A stretch of 64,000 bases of DNA from Octopus vulgaris (GCA_951406725.2 OX597821.1:49724001-49788000), one strand, 5' to 3'. Positions 33,837-47,949 are shown, counted from the stretch's first letter. Program-made: numbers and translations. The notes: generated from the sequence alone by a model not told the origin.

Positions 33837-34362
33837 TGGAGGCGCATGATTTAATGGTTAGGGTGTTGGACTCATGATTCGATTCACGTTGCTCCAATCC
33901 ACTCAGCTGGCAAAAGTTAGTAATGGCAAATTATCATAATTCAATAAGAAGCGACAGATTACATAAATGGCATCTAAATATTTATCCTTTGAATACATTA
34001 TAACTGGATACTCAAAAGCTATTCCAGTGCATGGAATGATATTTATAATAAAAGGTATATAAATGTGGAGGCGCAATGGCCCAGTGGTTAGGGCAGCGGA
34101 CTTGCGGTCGGAGGATCGCGGTTTCGATTCCCAGACCGGGCGTTGTGTGTGTTTATTGAGCGAAAACACCTAAAAGCTCCACGAGGCTCCGGCAGGGGAT
34201 GGTGGTGATCCCTGCTGTACTCTTTCACCACTCTAAAAGGCGGTGCTCCAGCATGGCCGCAGTCAAATAACTGAAACAAGTACAAAAAAAAAAAAAAAAA
34301 AATAATGATGTCGAATACCTGTGTGACTGTCTCTTGTATTATATATAGATATATATATATAT

Positions 34363-34528
34363 AGGCGCAGGAGTGGCTGTGTGGTAAGTAGCTTGTTTAC
34401 CAACCACATGGTTCTGGGTTCAGTCCCACTGCGTGGCACCTTGGGCAAGTGTCTTCTACTATAGCCTCGGGCCGACCAAAGCCTTGTGACTGGATTTGGT
34501 AGACGGAAACTGAAAGAAGCCCGTCGTA

Positions 34529-34568
<40 letters not shown>

Positions 34569-34772
34569 TGTGTGTGTTTGTGTGTCTGTGTTTGTCCCCC
34601 TAGCATTGCTTGACAACCGATGCTGGTGTGTTTATGTCCCCGATACTTAGCGGTTCGGCAAAAGAGACCGATAGAATAAGTACTGGGCTTACAAAGAATA
34701 AGTCCTGGGGTCGAGTTGCTCGATTAAAGGCGGTGCTCCAGCATGGCCGCAGTCAAATGACTGAAACAAGTA
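34363..34772 (+). mobile_element. SINE family A, full-length
   Basis: Colinear with 31470-31873. Confidence 0.92.
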
Positions 34773-35023
34773 AAAAAAAATATAATAATAATAATAATAA
34801 TAATATTAGGGAGTAAATCCAAACTTACAGTGATCCCTAACCCACTAAAGATTCACCCCCCAACTCCTTCCCTCTCTATCTCAACATCCAACTTCCTCAT
34901 TCTACATCGAGTGAAAAACGGGATGGACGCTTTGATTTTGTTTTGGTGCCTCGCTCTGTCGCACGTGACATCCCCAACGTAAAACTTATAATGTAATACA
35001 TGTCCTTGAAGTAGTAATTGTAC

Positions 35024-35110
35024 GCGGCTGAAGAAGGCTATAGACACACATTTACATCAATCATGCATTGTTATAAACCGTCTAATAAAGGCCCGAAACA
35101 TATGTACCGT
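35024..35110 (+). ncRNA. Hammerhead ribozyme with extended stem II
   Basis: GCGG-CTGAAGA-AGGCT.TAGAC...GTCTA...GGCCC-GAAAC ATAT GTA-CCGT; stem I GCGG/CCGT, palindromic stem III ACATATGT. Confidence 0.75.
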
Positions 35111-35137
35111 TAAATCCTTTGCATCATGTTTTTATTT

Positions 35138-35177
<40 letters not shown>

Positions 35178-35279
35178 ACCCCCACCCCACCCCCACATAT
35201 ATAATATGAGAGAATATTATTCCCAACTTACAGGGAAAAATTTAATTTAGAAATACTAATTCAAATTTCACGAAATATA

Positions 35280-35330
<51 letters not shown>

Positions 35331-35780
35331 CTTGCTGCCTCACACCCAACATGGTTTCCGACCAGGAAGAAGCTGCCTAACTCAGCTCCTACAACACTAC
35401 GACTGGGTGCTGAAACAACTGCTCAACCACTCAAATTTGGAAGTGATATATCTCGACTTTACTAAGGCCTTTGATAAAGTCGATCATGGAATGATATGTC
35501 AGAAACTTTGTGATCTTGGCATAGTTGGAAAATTGGGAGAATGGCTTCATGACTTTCTGAAGGATAGAAGTCAGGTGGTAGTAGCCATTGGGGCCACCTC
35601 CAATAACACGCAAATAGTGAGCGGTGTTCTGCAAGGCACTGTTTTGGGACCACTGCTGTTCATAATGGCCCTCTTACACATGCCCTCAGCCACGCAGACA
35701 GCCACGATCACATGTTATGCAGATGATACAAAAGTTTCAGGTGGTAATACAGAACCCTGAAGATACTACGCACCTGCAAG
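35331..35780 (+). mobile_element. CR1-clade LINE RT fragment
   Basis: QHGFRPGRSCLTQLL..VIYLDFTKAFDKVDHG..SGVLQGTVLGPLLFI..YADDTK. Confidence 0.88.
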
Positions 35781-36075
35781 GACAGTCATTTTTGCAGATG
35801 GCATTGTAAATTGTTTTAGCGACAACATCGTGCCGCATAGGAAGGTAGTACCGTGACGACATTTTAGGTCAGCTGCTAATCACATGAGTGATGTCTTTCA
35901 CAGAAACATGACATTGCCTACACATGCGGTTGCACCTTGGGATTATAAGAACATCACTGTCTCGCTTGTTCCCCAGGTACTTTGTGGCAATCTCCTGTTA
36001 CTGCATTGCAAATGCGTAACCTTCAAAGTGTGATATGATATAGTGGCCTTGTATTCAAGAGAGGCTGCGCTTTGT
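35781..36075 (-). mobile_element. R4/Dong-like LINE fragment (CCHC region)
   Basis: Nucleotide similarity to 42130-42250 and 44140-44250; minus translation CNRMCRQCHVSVKDITHVISS..KMSSRYYLPMRHDVVAK. Confidence 0.7.
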
Positions 36076-36357
36076 GTCAATTCTATTGTCTTCTTCTAGC
36101 TTCCGGGCAACATACCCATGCATAATTTTTTTTTTTGTATGCTGAGTGCATTCCATCCAGGTCTTCTCTGGGGTAAGGGAGTCCAGTTGTTTTGGGGTTG
36201 TATAAATCACCAGAGCTCACTACCAATGTATGTATGTATGTATTGATGGATGTATGGGTGTATGTATGCATGTATGCGCGCGCGCACACACACACACACA
36301 CATACACACACACACACAAAGAGAGAAAGAGAAAAAGCGATCAAATATTTATTTATC

Positions 36358-36520
36358 AGGAGTGGGTGTGTGGTAAGTAGCTTGCTTATCAACCACATGG
36401 TTCCAGGTTCAGTCCCACTGCGTGGCACTTTGAGCAAGTGTCTTCTACTATAGCCTTCGGACCGACCAAAGCCTTGTGAGTGGATTTGGTTGACGGAAAC
36501 TGAAAGAAGCCCGTCGTATG

Positions 36521-36579
<59 letters not shown>

Positions 36580-36792
36580 TTGTGTATCTGTGTTTGTCCC
36601 TCCAATATCGCTTGACAACCGATGCTGGTGTGTTTAAGTCCCCGTAACCTAGCGGTTCGGCAAACGAAACCGATAGAATAAGTACTAGGCTTACAAAGAA
36701 TAAGTCCTGGGGTCGATTTGCTCGACTAAAGGCAGTGCTCCAGCATGGTCACAGTCATCTGACTGAAACAAGTAAAAGAGATAAAAGAGAAA
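36358..36792 (+). mobile_element. SINE family A, full-length
   Basis: Colinear with 31470-31873. Confidence 0.9.
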
Positions 36793-37380
36793 AAGTCCAT
36801 GAAAGTCTATCTCACGTTGCTTGAATTGCTAGAAACGGCAGCCAAATCTCCTTCAACTCACGCTTTGCTTTCTTGTAAAGGAAAGAACACATTAGGTTTA
36901 TAAGCTAATGCAAATTAATGCGAGATTATGTGTAAATTCAGAAGCATTAAATAAAGTTTACATATGCAGATAGCGCTTCTGTAGCTTATGTGATAAAAAA
37001 CGTAATATGAATAAGGGGAGATAACCTAGACTTAGACTTAAATTTGAATTTACCTTTCGTCCAATACTAAACCTGATCTCAAATATAAAATAATGTCCAA
37101 CGACGAAACTAAGCCTCAATCTGTTCGTAAATGTCTGACACAAATAAATAGATAAATGAAAACTTTAGAAAAATAGGGATCGGAGATAGATTGAAGACAG
37201 AGAAGACAAAGAAAGTGAGGGTGAGAGATAAGTAGTGCGAAGAATTTACAGAAACTTCGTTAAGCTGTCGGTTGTGTTGAGTGTGTAATAAGCAGAAAGT
37301 GACTGCATTGAGTGAGTTCTTGTAGGAGGGTCAGAGTTCACTCTGACGCTTCACACACACTCGCACGCGCACGCACATTA

Positions 37381-37447
<67 letters not shown>

Positions 37448-37615
37448 TGTGTATGTGTGTGTGTGTATATATATATATATATCTGTGATAATATGTGACA
37501 ACTCGGAGTTTTATTATGGCTACCGAATAATTGTCACATATTATATTACATATAAATTCCTCTATTTACATAATATCGAGGTCTCTTTCATTCTTTTGTT
37601 GTCATACTCTTGCTA

Positions 37616-37813
<198 letters not shown>

Positions 37814-38066
37814 AGGTGTGTGGATTTGGTAGACGGAAACTGCAAGAAGCCCACCGTATGTGTGTGTGTGTGTGTCTTTGCCTGTGTTTTTACCCCACCA
37901 CTGTTTGACAACCGGTGTTGATGCGTTTTCGTCAAAAAGCCCGTTAGAATAAGTACTACGTTTTAAAAGATAAGTCCCGGGGTTAATTTGTTCGACTAAG
38001 ATTCTTCAAGGCGGTGCTCCAGCATGGTAACAATCAAATGACTAAAACAAATAAAAAAATAATATG

Positions 38067-38147
<81 letters not shown>

Positions 38148-38148
<1 letters not shown>

Positions 38149-38800
38149 GTTAATCCAAACAAGAAAGCACAAAAAAACACAACAACGCGAGGACGTGGAA
38201 CAAATATAGTATTATTGGACGCTCAGGAAAGAAGGAAAGAAGGAGGGTTTAACGTTTCGAGCGGGGCTCTTCGTCGGAAACATAGGAGAAGGAAAGATCC
38301 AGAGAAGGGAAGACAGAGGTAAAAAATCGCCAACGGTACACATATATACAAATAATATAAACAATATATAAATATATGCATATATACATACATGTACGTA
38401 CATACCTATATATATATGTATATATACATGGATATATGGGTACAGGACAATAAAAAAAACGTTGAACACAATGAGAAACGAAAACATAAACACAAAAACA
38501 TAGAAAACGAACTTTTTTTTTCGAACAATGAAAAAACAAACAGAGAAACGAGACATACAACATAAAGAATATTCCCTTTCATCAGTTGTCCCTGTTTCAT
38601 CTACTTCACGTAACGAAGGGAAGGACAAGACGCGACTTCGTTGTAACAATCCTTCCCGCAAAGCAAATTAAATAAAATTTGGGATTTTTTGCGGAGGGTG
38701 AAAGTGGTAACAAGAACAAGACAGTAAAAACAAATGGTGAGAGCTGTTAAGCCAAGGCGATAGAAAAATTATGAATGCTAGGAGGACGAGCTTATGAGAA
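38148..38800 (-). mobile_element. Hammerhead-bearing non-coding element (module at 38148-38335 plus body shared with 22460-22920)
   Basis: Module recurs at 52950-53138 (+) and 54901-55083 (-). Confidence 0.75.
38247..38281 (-). ncRNA. Minimal hammerhead, CCGACGA core variant
   Basis: GTTT-CCGACGA-A-GAGC(ccc)GCTC-GAAACGTT-AAAC. Confidence 0.7.
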
Positions 38801-38840
38801 GAGACAGGTATAAGTACGTGTTATATATTTATATATATAC

Positions 38841-38927
<87 letters not shown>

Positions 38928-39146
38928 TATATATATATATAACTTTTATTCTTTTCTTTTATTTGTTTCAGTCATTTGACTGTCGTCATGCTGGAGCACC
39001 GCCTTTAGTCGAACAGATCGACCCCAGGACTTATTCTTTGTAAGCCTAGTCCTTATCCTGTCGGTCTCTTTTGCAGAACCGCTGAGTTACGGGGATGTAA
39101 ACACACCAGCATTGGTTGTCAAGTGATGGTGGGGTGGACAAATAAA

Positions 39147-39206
<60 letters not shown>

Positions 39207-40049
39207 CGACGAGCTTCTTTCAGTTTCCGTCCACCAAATCTACTTACAAAGTTATCATTTTAGAATTACTTAGCTTAGGAGAGTTGTTAATAGCCGTGGT
39301 ACTATTACTGTCCGGACCCGATTGGGCTGTTATAAAAGGATTTATTTGTTCAACCGACTGGCCTCGGAGTTTGTGACTATTGAGAGCAGTTATGATAGAT
39401 CCGAGGTTAGGAGTGGTGGAGTATGAAATTTTTATTGAGGATTTATTGAAAATGGAATATTACGTGTACTGTGGCGGAAACTTTTATTTTAAGATTTAAA
39501 GATATAATTATGATAATGATCTGACCTGGAAGGAGAGGCGTGGTGCAAACAATATAATTTCATGTTTTCTGGAGGTGGGTTTCTTTAACTGTGTGTTTAT
39601 AGTGGGCTGATCAAGATGAGAAGATTTAAAGTTACCACAGAACCGAGGGTACCAATGGTGCTGACGTATATAATTTAAAAGCGGTCTTCTCGTTGTGTTG
39701 TTTATCTGGGAAGAGGTGTGCTATTTTATTCTTGAAATTAGTATTATGTATGTAGCTGATTTTTTTCTCGGAAGCCGCTTATTTTGAGTGCCTGGTAGTC
39801 GCAAGGTGCGTGAGTGTTGAGAATATCCTTATTGGCTGAAAGATTAGATGTTCTAATACAGATTCTTGTGATTACACTACTGGGGATGATTTTCGGATGA
39901 TTGGCGAGGGTGTTAATATACTGTAACGATTGGTTAGGTCTATGATAGAGGTGGTATAAGCCAGTATGTAGATTAAGATTGGTAACGATTGGTTAGGTTT
40001 ATGATAGGGGTAGTATAAGCTAGTATGTAGATTAAGAGTAACATCTTAA

Positions 40050-40366
40050 CCCTTTAAGTCCTGACCTCCCGAACCTTATTTGACCATACACCTGGATTCC
40101 TGAGCAAAATAAGATGAAAATCGGCTTAGTATCAATGACAGCTCTCACGGTGAAAAACTCTAATTTCAACATCAAAACAAGGCACATTCAACTAAGAAAG
40201 GCAGCGGATATGTTTTATCATTCTATAGTCCCGGGGTGAATGAGCATTCTGATTGGATAAAAATAAATCGTCGTACTTTAGTGCAGCTGCGCTCCATCGG
40301 TAGAATGCTACGGTATAGAGGAAAGTAAGCCAGCCACCGGTAAACCGGTGTTACGGGCCCAAAGGG
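40050..40366. mobile_element. piggyBac-like MITE
   Basis: TTAA|CCCTTTAAGTCC ... GGGCCCAAAGGG|TTAT: short imperfect TIRs with a TTAA-like TSD. Confidence 0.5.
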
Positions 40367-40782
40367 TTATGAACTTAAAGCCTTCCAAATGGATTTATAA
40401 CATTCAACACTGATTTTATACTCCACCCATTATATTTATATATTTTTAATAGCGTTTTTATTGCAAGTAGGACTATATATTTGTATAATCTGAACACGTT
40501 TTTAGTGTATTTGTATTGATACATTTATATATTTTAATGTATATTTTATGTGTTGAATATTTATATATCTATATATTTTTATGGTATGATTTTGTGGACA
40601 TAGTTTTTATAACTGAATATATTTTATTATATGCTTATAGGAAGCCAGTTTTTTTGTTTCTTATCATTATTCCTCTTATGTATGTATGTATGTATGTATG
40701 TATGTATGTATGTATGTATGTATGTATGTATGCATTCCTTTTCTTTTTCTCTCCTTGTTTTTCTCCTTGTTTCTTTCTGTTC

Positions 40783-40818
40783 TTTTCTGTAGAAGAGCGT
40801 AGGCTTGAAACGTAAAAG
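40783..40818 (+). ncRNA. Minimal hammerhead-like motif, CTGTAGA core variant
   Basis: TTTT-CTGTAGA-A-GAGC(gtag)GCTT-GAAACGTA-AAAG. Confidence 0.5.
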
Positions 40819-40911
40819 ACTTTTTCAACTCCCGAGCGTTATACTAATACACCTGCTTGTTTTCTACACCACCTGTCTTCGTTTTTGTTTTTTTCGTGAA
40901 TTCTCCCCACC

Positions 40912-40978
<67 letters not shown>

Positions 40979-41484
40979 GGGTCGTATCCGCATATGCGCA
41001 TTTAAGATTATAGACAAGCATGTAAGTATACACGAGCGCTAGAATAATGCATTTGCATTGGGTTGCTGTATTAGTGGAATGTTCCAGGAATATTCTATAT
41101 TTTTAAATATGTGAATAGTGGTTCAAGTGTGCCTTTGATATAACCAGGTGACACTCATTTCCGTAGATATTATTGTAAATAGTTATTTTGTAAGAAATAA
41201 CTATTTTGTAATTTTTCATGGGGAAGTAAAACCTGGAAATTTTTTGATAGTTATTGATGAAGTGGGTGATATACTTCCACATAGTTATAGCTTAATCGAC
41301 ATTTATCTCCGCAAGTGAGAGTTTAAAAGCATCTCTCTTGTTTATCAAGTATTTCGTAGCTATCGCACTCGCTTCTTGAGTATTTAGTAACTATTCCTTT
41401 TGTAGATCAAGGATTTAGTAGTTACCACTTGCTGATCAAGTGTTTAGCAGCCATCGCTAGCTCTTGTTCCTGAATATGAAGACT

Positions 41485-41536
<52 letters not shown>

Positions 41537-41881
41537 AACGTTTTCCTGTAGGGAAGGTGCTGGTGTCTAAAGCTCCATCAGTGGAATGTAGATAACAAAA
41601 GCAATGTTATTTGTTGTATTTACTTGAGAAAACATTGGATACTTTTGCAGTTCCGCTTACAGATTGTATTGGTATGAATGTGAATTTATGATCTCAGTAT
41701 ATAAACAGAAGGTTTCGAAACAGTTGTCCGAAGTTCTCCTCTATCTCTTTGATTCTCGATGAGTACTTGACATCTTTGACGTCACATGCGTTTTTTTGTC
41801 TGTCTCAAACCTGTTACGCTTGCACTTGGTCGTAGTTTTGATGGGAATTTTCCATCAACATTTCTTGTGTTGCTGTTTATA

Positions 41882-42116
41882 CAGGGTTGGCCAAAAATCA
41901 CCCTATAGTAAATCAAAATTCTATAGATACTACCTATAATTCTGTATTGACTCGAATGGAAAAAAATGTGTCACTCAAGAAGGACTTCAGTTTGAACAAA
42001 TTTCATTACGTTTCATATTTATATGCTTTTATTAAATTCATTCAGATGTTAAACATAAATAAACCTTGGAATTAAATGGTTTTGATTTACTGTCAGGTGA
42101 CTCTTGGCCAAACCTG
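41882..42116. mobile_element. Tc1/mariner-type MITE, 235 bp
   Basis: TA|CAGGGTTGGCCAAAAATCACCCTATAGTAAATCAAAA ... TTTTGATTTACTGTCAGGTGACTCTTGGCCAAACCTG|TA. Confidence 0.88.
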
Positions 42117-42267
42117 TATATGTATTCAATAACAGGACGATTTTCTGCATTTATCCCATGGCAGTAATTTTTTGGATGATATTGTAAATTGTTTTAGCGA
42201 CAACGTCATGTTGTATAGGAAGGGAATATCTCGATGGCATTCTGAGCAGCTACTGTGTAATACTCTC

Positions 42268-42691
42268 TCTCTCTTTTACTCTCTTACTTGTTTCAGTCAT
42301 TTGACTGCGGCCATGCTGGAGTACCGCCTTTAGTCGAGCAAATCGACCCTAGGACTTATTCTTTGTAAGCCTAGTACTTATTCTATCGGTCGCTTTTGCC
42401 GAACCGCTAAGTTACGGGGACGTAAACGCACCAGCATCGGTTGTCAAGCGATGTTGGTGGTGGTGGTGGGGGAACAAACGCAGACACACAAACACACACA
42501 CAAATATACATATATATACATATATACGACGGGCTTCTTTCAGTTTCCGTCTACCAAATCCACTCACAAGGCTTTGGTCGGCCCGAGGCTATAGTAGAAG
42601 ACACTCATCCAAGCTGCCGCACAGTGGAACTGAACCCAGAACCATGTGGTTGGTAAGCAAGTTACTTACCACACAACCACTCCTACGCCTA
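42268..42691 (-). mobile_element. SINE family A, full-length
   Basis: Reverse complement of 31470-31873. Confidence 0.9.
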
Positions 42692-43659
42692 CTTCAACAG
42701 AAACGTGACATAATTGACATCTCTGGTTACACTTTGAGGCTTTAATGGATCCAATAACTCTTTTGTTTATTGAGTATTTTGTAGCAATCTCGTAATCTTT
42801 CATTATCTTCGAAGCGCGATGTGATGTAACGGTCGTGAGTCCAAGAGAGGTTGTACTTCATATTGATATCAGTGTCATCATCAAGTATTCGGAAAATATA
42901 ATCAAACAAAGTCAATTTTTAATTTGTTGAGCGTTTCTCTAACATGTTTTCTTTGAGGTATGTTAGTCTAATTGCTTTGAAGTATGTTAGTCGAACTGCT
43001 TTATGGTTGTATGGTTGTACGGAAGGTCTTCAGGAATAGAATATTTCCCAAGGAGCTCACTGCTAATACGTAGAATGTTGTTTCCTTTGCTTTTCAAGAA
43101 TAGGTTCATATATTTATTTTTGCTGGTGCTACCTGAGAGATACTGTACAACATTCGAAGTCTGCCTTCACTGACCTCAAGACCCTTTCTCCTTAACCTCT
43201 TCTAGGTAGAGCCTGTCGACATCACTGTCTCTATGGAAGTTTCCAGTTGATGTCAAGATCTAGCGGGTCTTAATATCTATGGAGTGAATTTCCTCTGCAT
43301 GTCAATCAAATATCCCAAATAATGGTATCAGAACCGCATGTTGTAAGAGGAGTATCCAACAGCTATATTTTTCTAAGTCTGGCGTAATATTCTTGGGTCA
43401 CTTTCGCTTTGTTGGGAACCCCAGATGCTTGTATGTATGTATGTATGTATGCATGTATGTATGTATGTATGTATGTATGTATGTATGTATGTATGTATGT
43501 ATGTATGTATGTATGTATGTATGTATGTATGTATGTATGTATGTATGTATGTATGTATACACATACACCTATTTATTTATCTGGATATATGTGTCTATAT
43601 ATTTGTTATCTTCTGTTTTTAATTATTTAAATTCTTCCTCTGTGGAAGGAGCTAGATTT

Positions 43660-44340
43660 TAACAAAGATACAAAGCTCCATCGCTAGAATGTTGATAAGT
43701 ACAATGTCGCATATTAAACTTGTGGAAAGTCTTGCATAGTTGAGTTCTTTTACCGAAAATCCAAGCTTATCCTGACTGTCAGTGAGGTATTTACTCACAA
43801 AACCAAGTGCACCAATTATTATTGCTAAAAACTTAAAATTATAATCTTGAGATATAGAAGCTGGAGGTTTCGAAGCAGTTGCCAATAGTTATCCTCTTCA
43901 GCTTTGATTTTCGAAGAGATATCCACATCAGCAAAACGACTAACCTCAATGACGGTACATATTTTTTCTTGTCTGTCCCAAACAAAAATATACGGCCTGT
44001 CATGCTTACACTCGACAGATGTTTTAATGGGAACGTTCCAGCAGTATTCCTTGTGTCGATGTTTGTCTTCGTATTCAACAATAGAAAAATTCTCTATATT
44101 TATTCGAGGACGGTTTTTTCTCCCCGCTAGCATTGGATATTGTTTTTTTGCGACATCGTCGTGGCGCATAGGGACGTAATGTGATGACATTTTTGAGCAG
44201 CCGCTAATTACATGTATGATGTCTTCCACAGAAACAAGACATAATCTACGTCTTCGATTACATCTTCGAACTTAATATAGAGTTAATTTTGTACGGTTGC
44301 CTGCTTGGTAGCAAAGTTATTAAGGAAAGCATTTGTTTTG
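43660..44340 (-). mobile_element. R4/Dong-like LINE 3' fragment (CCHC + PD-(D/E)xK restriction-like endonuclease)
   Basis: EDIIHVISGCSKMSSHY.PMRHDDVAK..WNVPIKTSV.CKHDRP.I.VWDR..KIC.VIEV..Y.QLLRNL..IIIGALGFV. Confidence 0.82.
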
Positions 44341-44449
44341 TTCATCATCCTTCAAATCTTAAGAAAGTCTTGCAGATTTTTATCATCTCTGAAATGATCA
44401 TTTGCAGTATGTGAATTAGGGAGCTGCGTCCTCTCCCCCGAAGAAGAAA

Positions 44450-44480
<31 letters not shown>

Positions 44481-44806
44481 TGTATGTATGTATGTATGTA
44501 TGTATGTATGTATGTATGTATGTATGTATGCATGCATGTATGTATGCATGTATGAATGTATTCTCATGCATATAGTTGCATATCTAGACATTCTTTTATT
44601 CTTTTATTTATTTCAGTCATTTGACTACGGCCATGCTGGAGTACGGCATTTAATCGAACAAATCGACCCCAGGACTTATTCTTTGTAAGCCTAGTACTTA
44701 TTCTGTCGATCTCTTTTGCCGATCCGCTGTGTTACGGGGACGTAAACATACCAGTATCGGTTGTCAAGCGATGGTGAGGTATCAAACACAGACACACAAA
44801 CATAAA

Positions 44807-45037
<231 letters not shown>

Positions 45038-45154
45038 GATATATATATATATAAAAAGTAATATATAAATAAATATCTGTAAATATAAACCATCCGATCT
45101 TCTGATTACCTCATTTCTTCTAATAGATAATACCTGTACATCATCTCCAAACCT

Positions 45155-45220
<66 letters not shown>

Positions 45221-45226
<6 letters not shown>

Positions 45227-45618
45227 GAAAAACAAAACAATAAATTGAACAATTATAAATTCAATTCAAATTAAATATTTTATACAAACAAACGACAAAT
45301 CTCATAAATTACGACTGTTTCTACTTCATAAATAAAACGAACTTTTTCAAGAATAATCAAATCCGTTTAAATATGTAATGATGCTTCATCAGCTTGATAT
45401 ATCCTCTTCAATATTTCACGGAAAATATCTATAAATGCTAAGGTTTTTCAAAAAACACTTTTTGAGAGCGAGCTTAATCATAAATAAGAAAATAGCCTCC
45501 GTTTTAATAATGAAGCGAAAACAGCTGCAATTTATGAGATGTCTCATTTGTTTGTATAAAATATTTAAATTGAATTGAATTTATAATTGTTCAATTTATT
45601 GTTTCGTTTTCCATTTGT
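45221..45618. repeat. About 118-bp imperfect inverted repeat with ~160-bp spacer
   Basis: Arms 45221-45339 and 45500-45618 are reverse complements (AATAAATTGAACAATTATAAATTCAATTCAA / TTGAATTGAATTTATAATTGTTCAATTTATT). Confidence 0.88.
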
Positions 45619-45744
45619 TATGTACATTTATACGTATGTTTATTTTTTATTTATTTACCTATTAGAATAACATTGTTATTGATATAAGTAATAAAAACCA
45701 GTAAATTCTTCGGATATTTAATATCCCTTAGGTCGTTTTTTACA

Positions 45745-45925
45745 CCAGTACTCCTTTTTATTATGAGTGGCTATGGCTTCTACCATACTGTGGGTTCTTA
45801 TTTCTTTGTCCTGGAGGTTATCCTTCTGACGGATTTCATTATAGAGTGTCCTAGCTACAACATCATGTCTTATCGGTAAATAATACCGTGATGACATTTT
45901 CAGACAACTGCTTATGATGCTGATG
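45745..45925 (-). mobile_element. R4/Dong-like LINE fragment
   Basis: IISSCLKMSSRYYLPIRHDVVARTLYNEIR..KEYW. Confidence 0.72.
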
Positions 45926-46712
45926 ATATGTAAGCATGTATGTATGTCTGTATGTATGTATGTATGTATGTATGTATGTATGTATGTATGTATGTATGTA
46001 CGTATGTATGTATGCATGCATGCATGTATGCATGCATGTATGTATGCATGCATGTATGTATGTATGTATGTATGTATATGCGTGGGTGTTTAACTGTGTA
46101 CCCTAATACCAACCAAAGGTATTTCTGTGTCTCCGCGCTCAGATGGATTGTCATCACACACGCTAGTTAATCCATAGAATGGACCCCAGCAGCTGCCACT
46201 ATTCCGCGTCAGATCAGACCTGCGAATAATAGTGTCTGATAGGTGGTTTCACTCCTCTCAAAACCCTGGTTGTCCCGAACAATAGTTCAACTATTGAATG
46301 CAGTTTAAAGTTACAGCATCCTTCTATGAGTGAAACACTCTGATGTTAAACCTACAGTTTCATATAATTGCTGGTCATCTCGCTTCATCCTGTTACTAGT
46401 GTCTGATTACGCCGACTCAGAGAGTGGTATTCATGCTGTACAAGTGTTTATCACAATAATTCAATTTCACTTTATGGTGACCTCATTCGTCACTCCATCC
46501 TCTAAAAGTTCTATGGCAATGGAAAAAATTGGCGACCAAACCAGTTGTAACTGTACAATAAGTTACAAATTTCGTCGGTCACATATCCTTAAAAAAAAAA
46601 CCATGCAGAACTGCAATGGGACTGAATAGTCATCTGAGAAGTCATGCACGGAAAGTCAGAAATCGTATTAACGATGAGGAAGCACAAGGAGACTGGTGCG
46701 ATCACATGTATG

Positions 46713-46746
<34 letters not shown>

Positions 46747-47949
46747 TGTATGTATGTATGTATGTATGTATGTATGTATGTATGTATGCATGTATGTATG
46801 TATGTATGAATGTATGTATGTGTGTGCGTGTGTGCGTGTGTGCGCGCGAGTGTGCACGCATGCATGTATATACGCATACATGTATATATGCATACATGTA
46901 TATACGCATACATGTATATGTAAATAAGCTCGATGGTATCTGAACTGTAGATGTCGGAAACACAAAACACAATACTATAATTTTAATGATGATCTCTATT
47001 TTTTTATTTTTCATTTTTCACTCATATCTATTGTTTATTAAACTTCTTGTAAACATACGAGTCTTGGAATTTACTGCCGTTTTTAGTATTTTTTTATCGC
47101 TGATTGTCAAGCTTAGTCGGGTGGAATTCAGCAAACTCTCCTGTGAATCAAGTATTAAAAATTTCTTTCTCAATTGCTTTAGCTTCACTCCCTTTTTCTG
47201 ATATATCACTGGAAAAAAAATATGAACGTAAGGTCTTACTTATAATAATCATTTACAATAATTATTATAACCCTTTTACACCTATGTATGAAAATTAATA
47301 ACACATATAACAAAATAATTGGGGGAACACTGTGTAGCAGATTTCTTTATCGACTAAAATAAGTAAAACGAAAGAGATGAAATTCAAAACTACTCGACTT
47401 TAATGTGAACTTCTGAAACAGACACCCGTGACTGCATCAGTGTTCCTTACTGTACAGGGCTACTGAGAGTTACATAAACAGCTCATGTACATTAAGCAAT
47501 AGCCGTGAAAGGATATTAACTGATTATAGTAATGGCTTCCAGCGTTTCTGTGACCTTGTCACTGTCACCATATGTTCATTATACATGGTACCTTTGTTGT
47601 ACTAAAAAAGAATTTAAAAATCGTGAATATAAGCACCATAAGGAAACTTGCTATTCCCTATGTGTGTTTTCTCATTTTCTCTGCGTTCTTCCGTTTTCAG
47701 GATATGAGATTAGACATTTTCCATCAATTGCTTTTCATCAATTTAAAACGTCTTGATAACTCCAGCTGCGATATCCTAGAAACTACTGGGTTTATCCAAT
47801 ATTATGTTGATTGTGCGAGAGAGAGAGAAAGAGATGCTGTAGGTATAATGGCAGGAACAAAGGATAACTGATTAGATTCATGTTAACGGATATTGAATAC
47901 TTAATGGTATTCATAACTTAGCAACATAAGCAGCACTATTTTCTTTCTT

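Larger units (their letters stand above)
41590..43370 (-). mobile_element. Degenerate R4/Dong-like LINE interrupted by a MITE and a SINE
   Basis: Similar to 43680-44340 (GAAGGTTTCGAAACAGTTG, TTTTTTGTCTGTCTCAAAC, TTTTAGCGACAACGTCATG). Confidence 0.6.

Noticed and set aside
30831-33877. Many 100-230-aa ORFs (MYVC, HTYI, ERER, SLSL)
   Set aside because: Microsatellite translations; the same applies to similar ORFs at 4.6-5.3, 37-38, 43-47, 48.7-49.2, 51, 55-57 and 60.7-61.2 kb.
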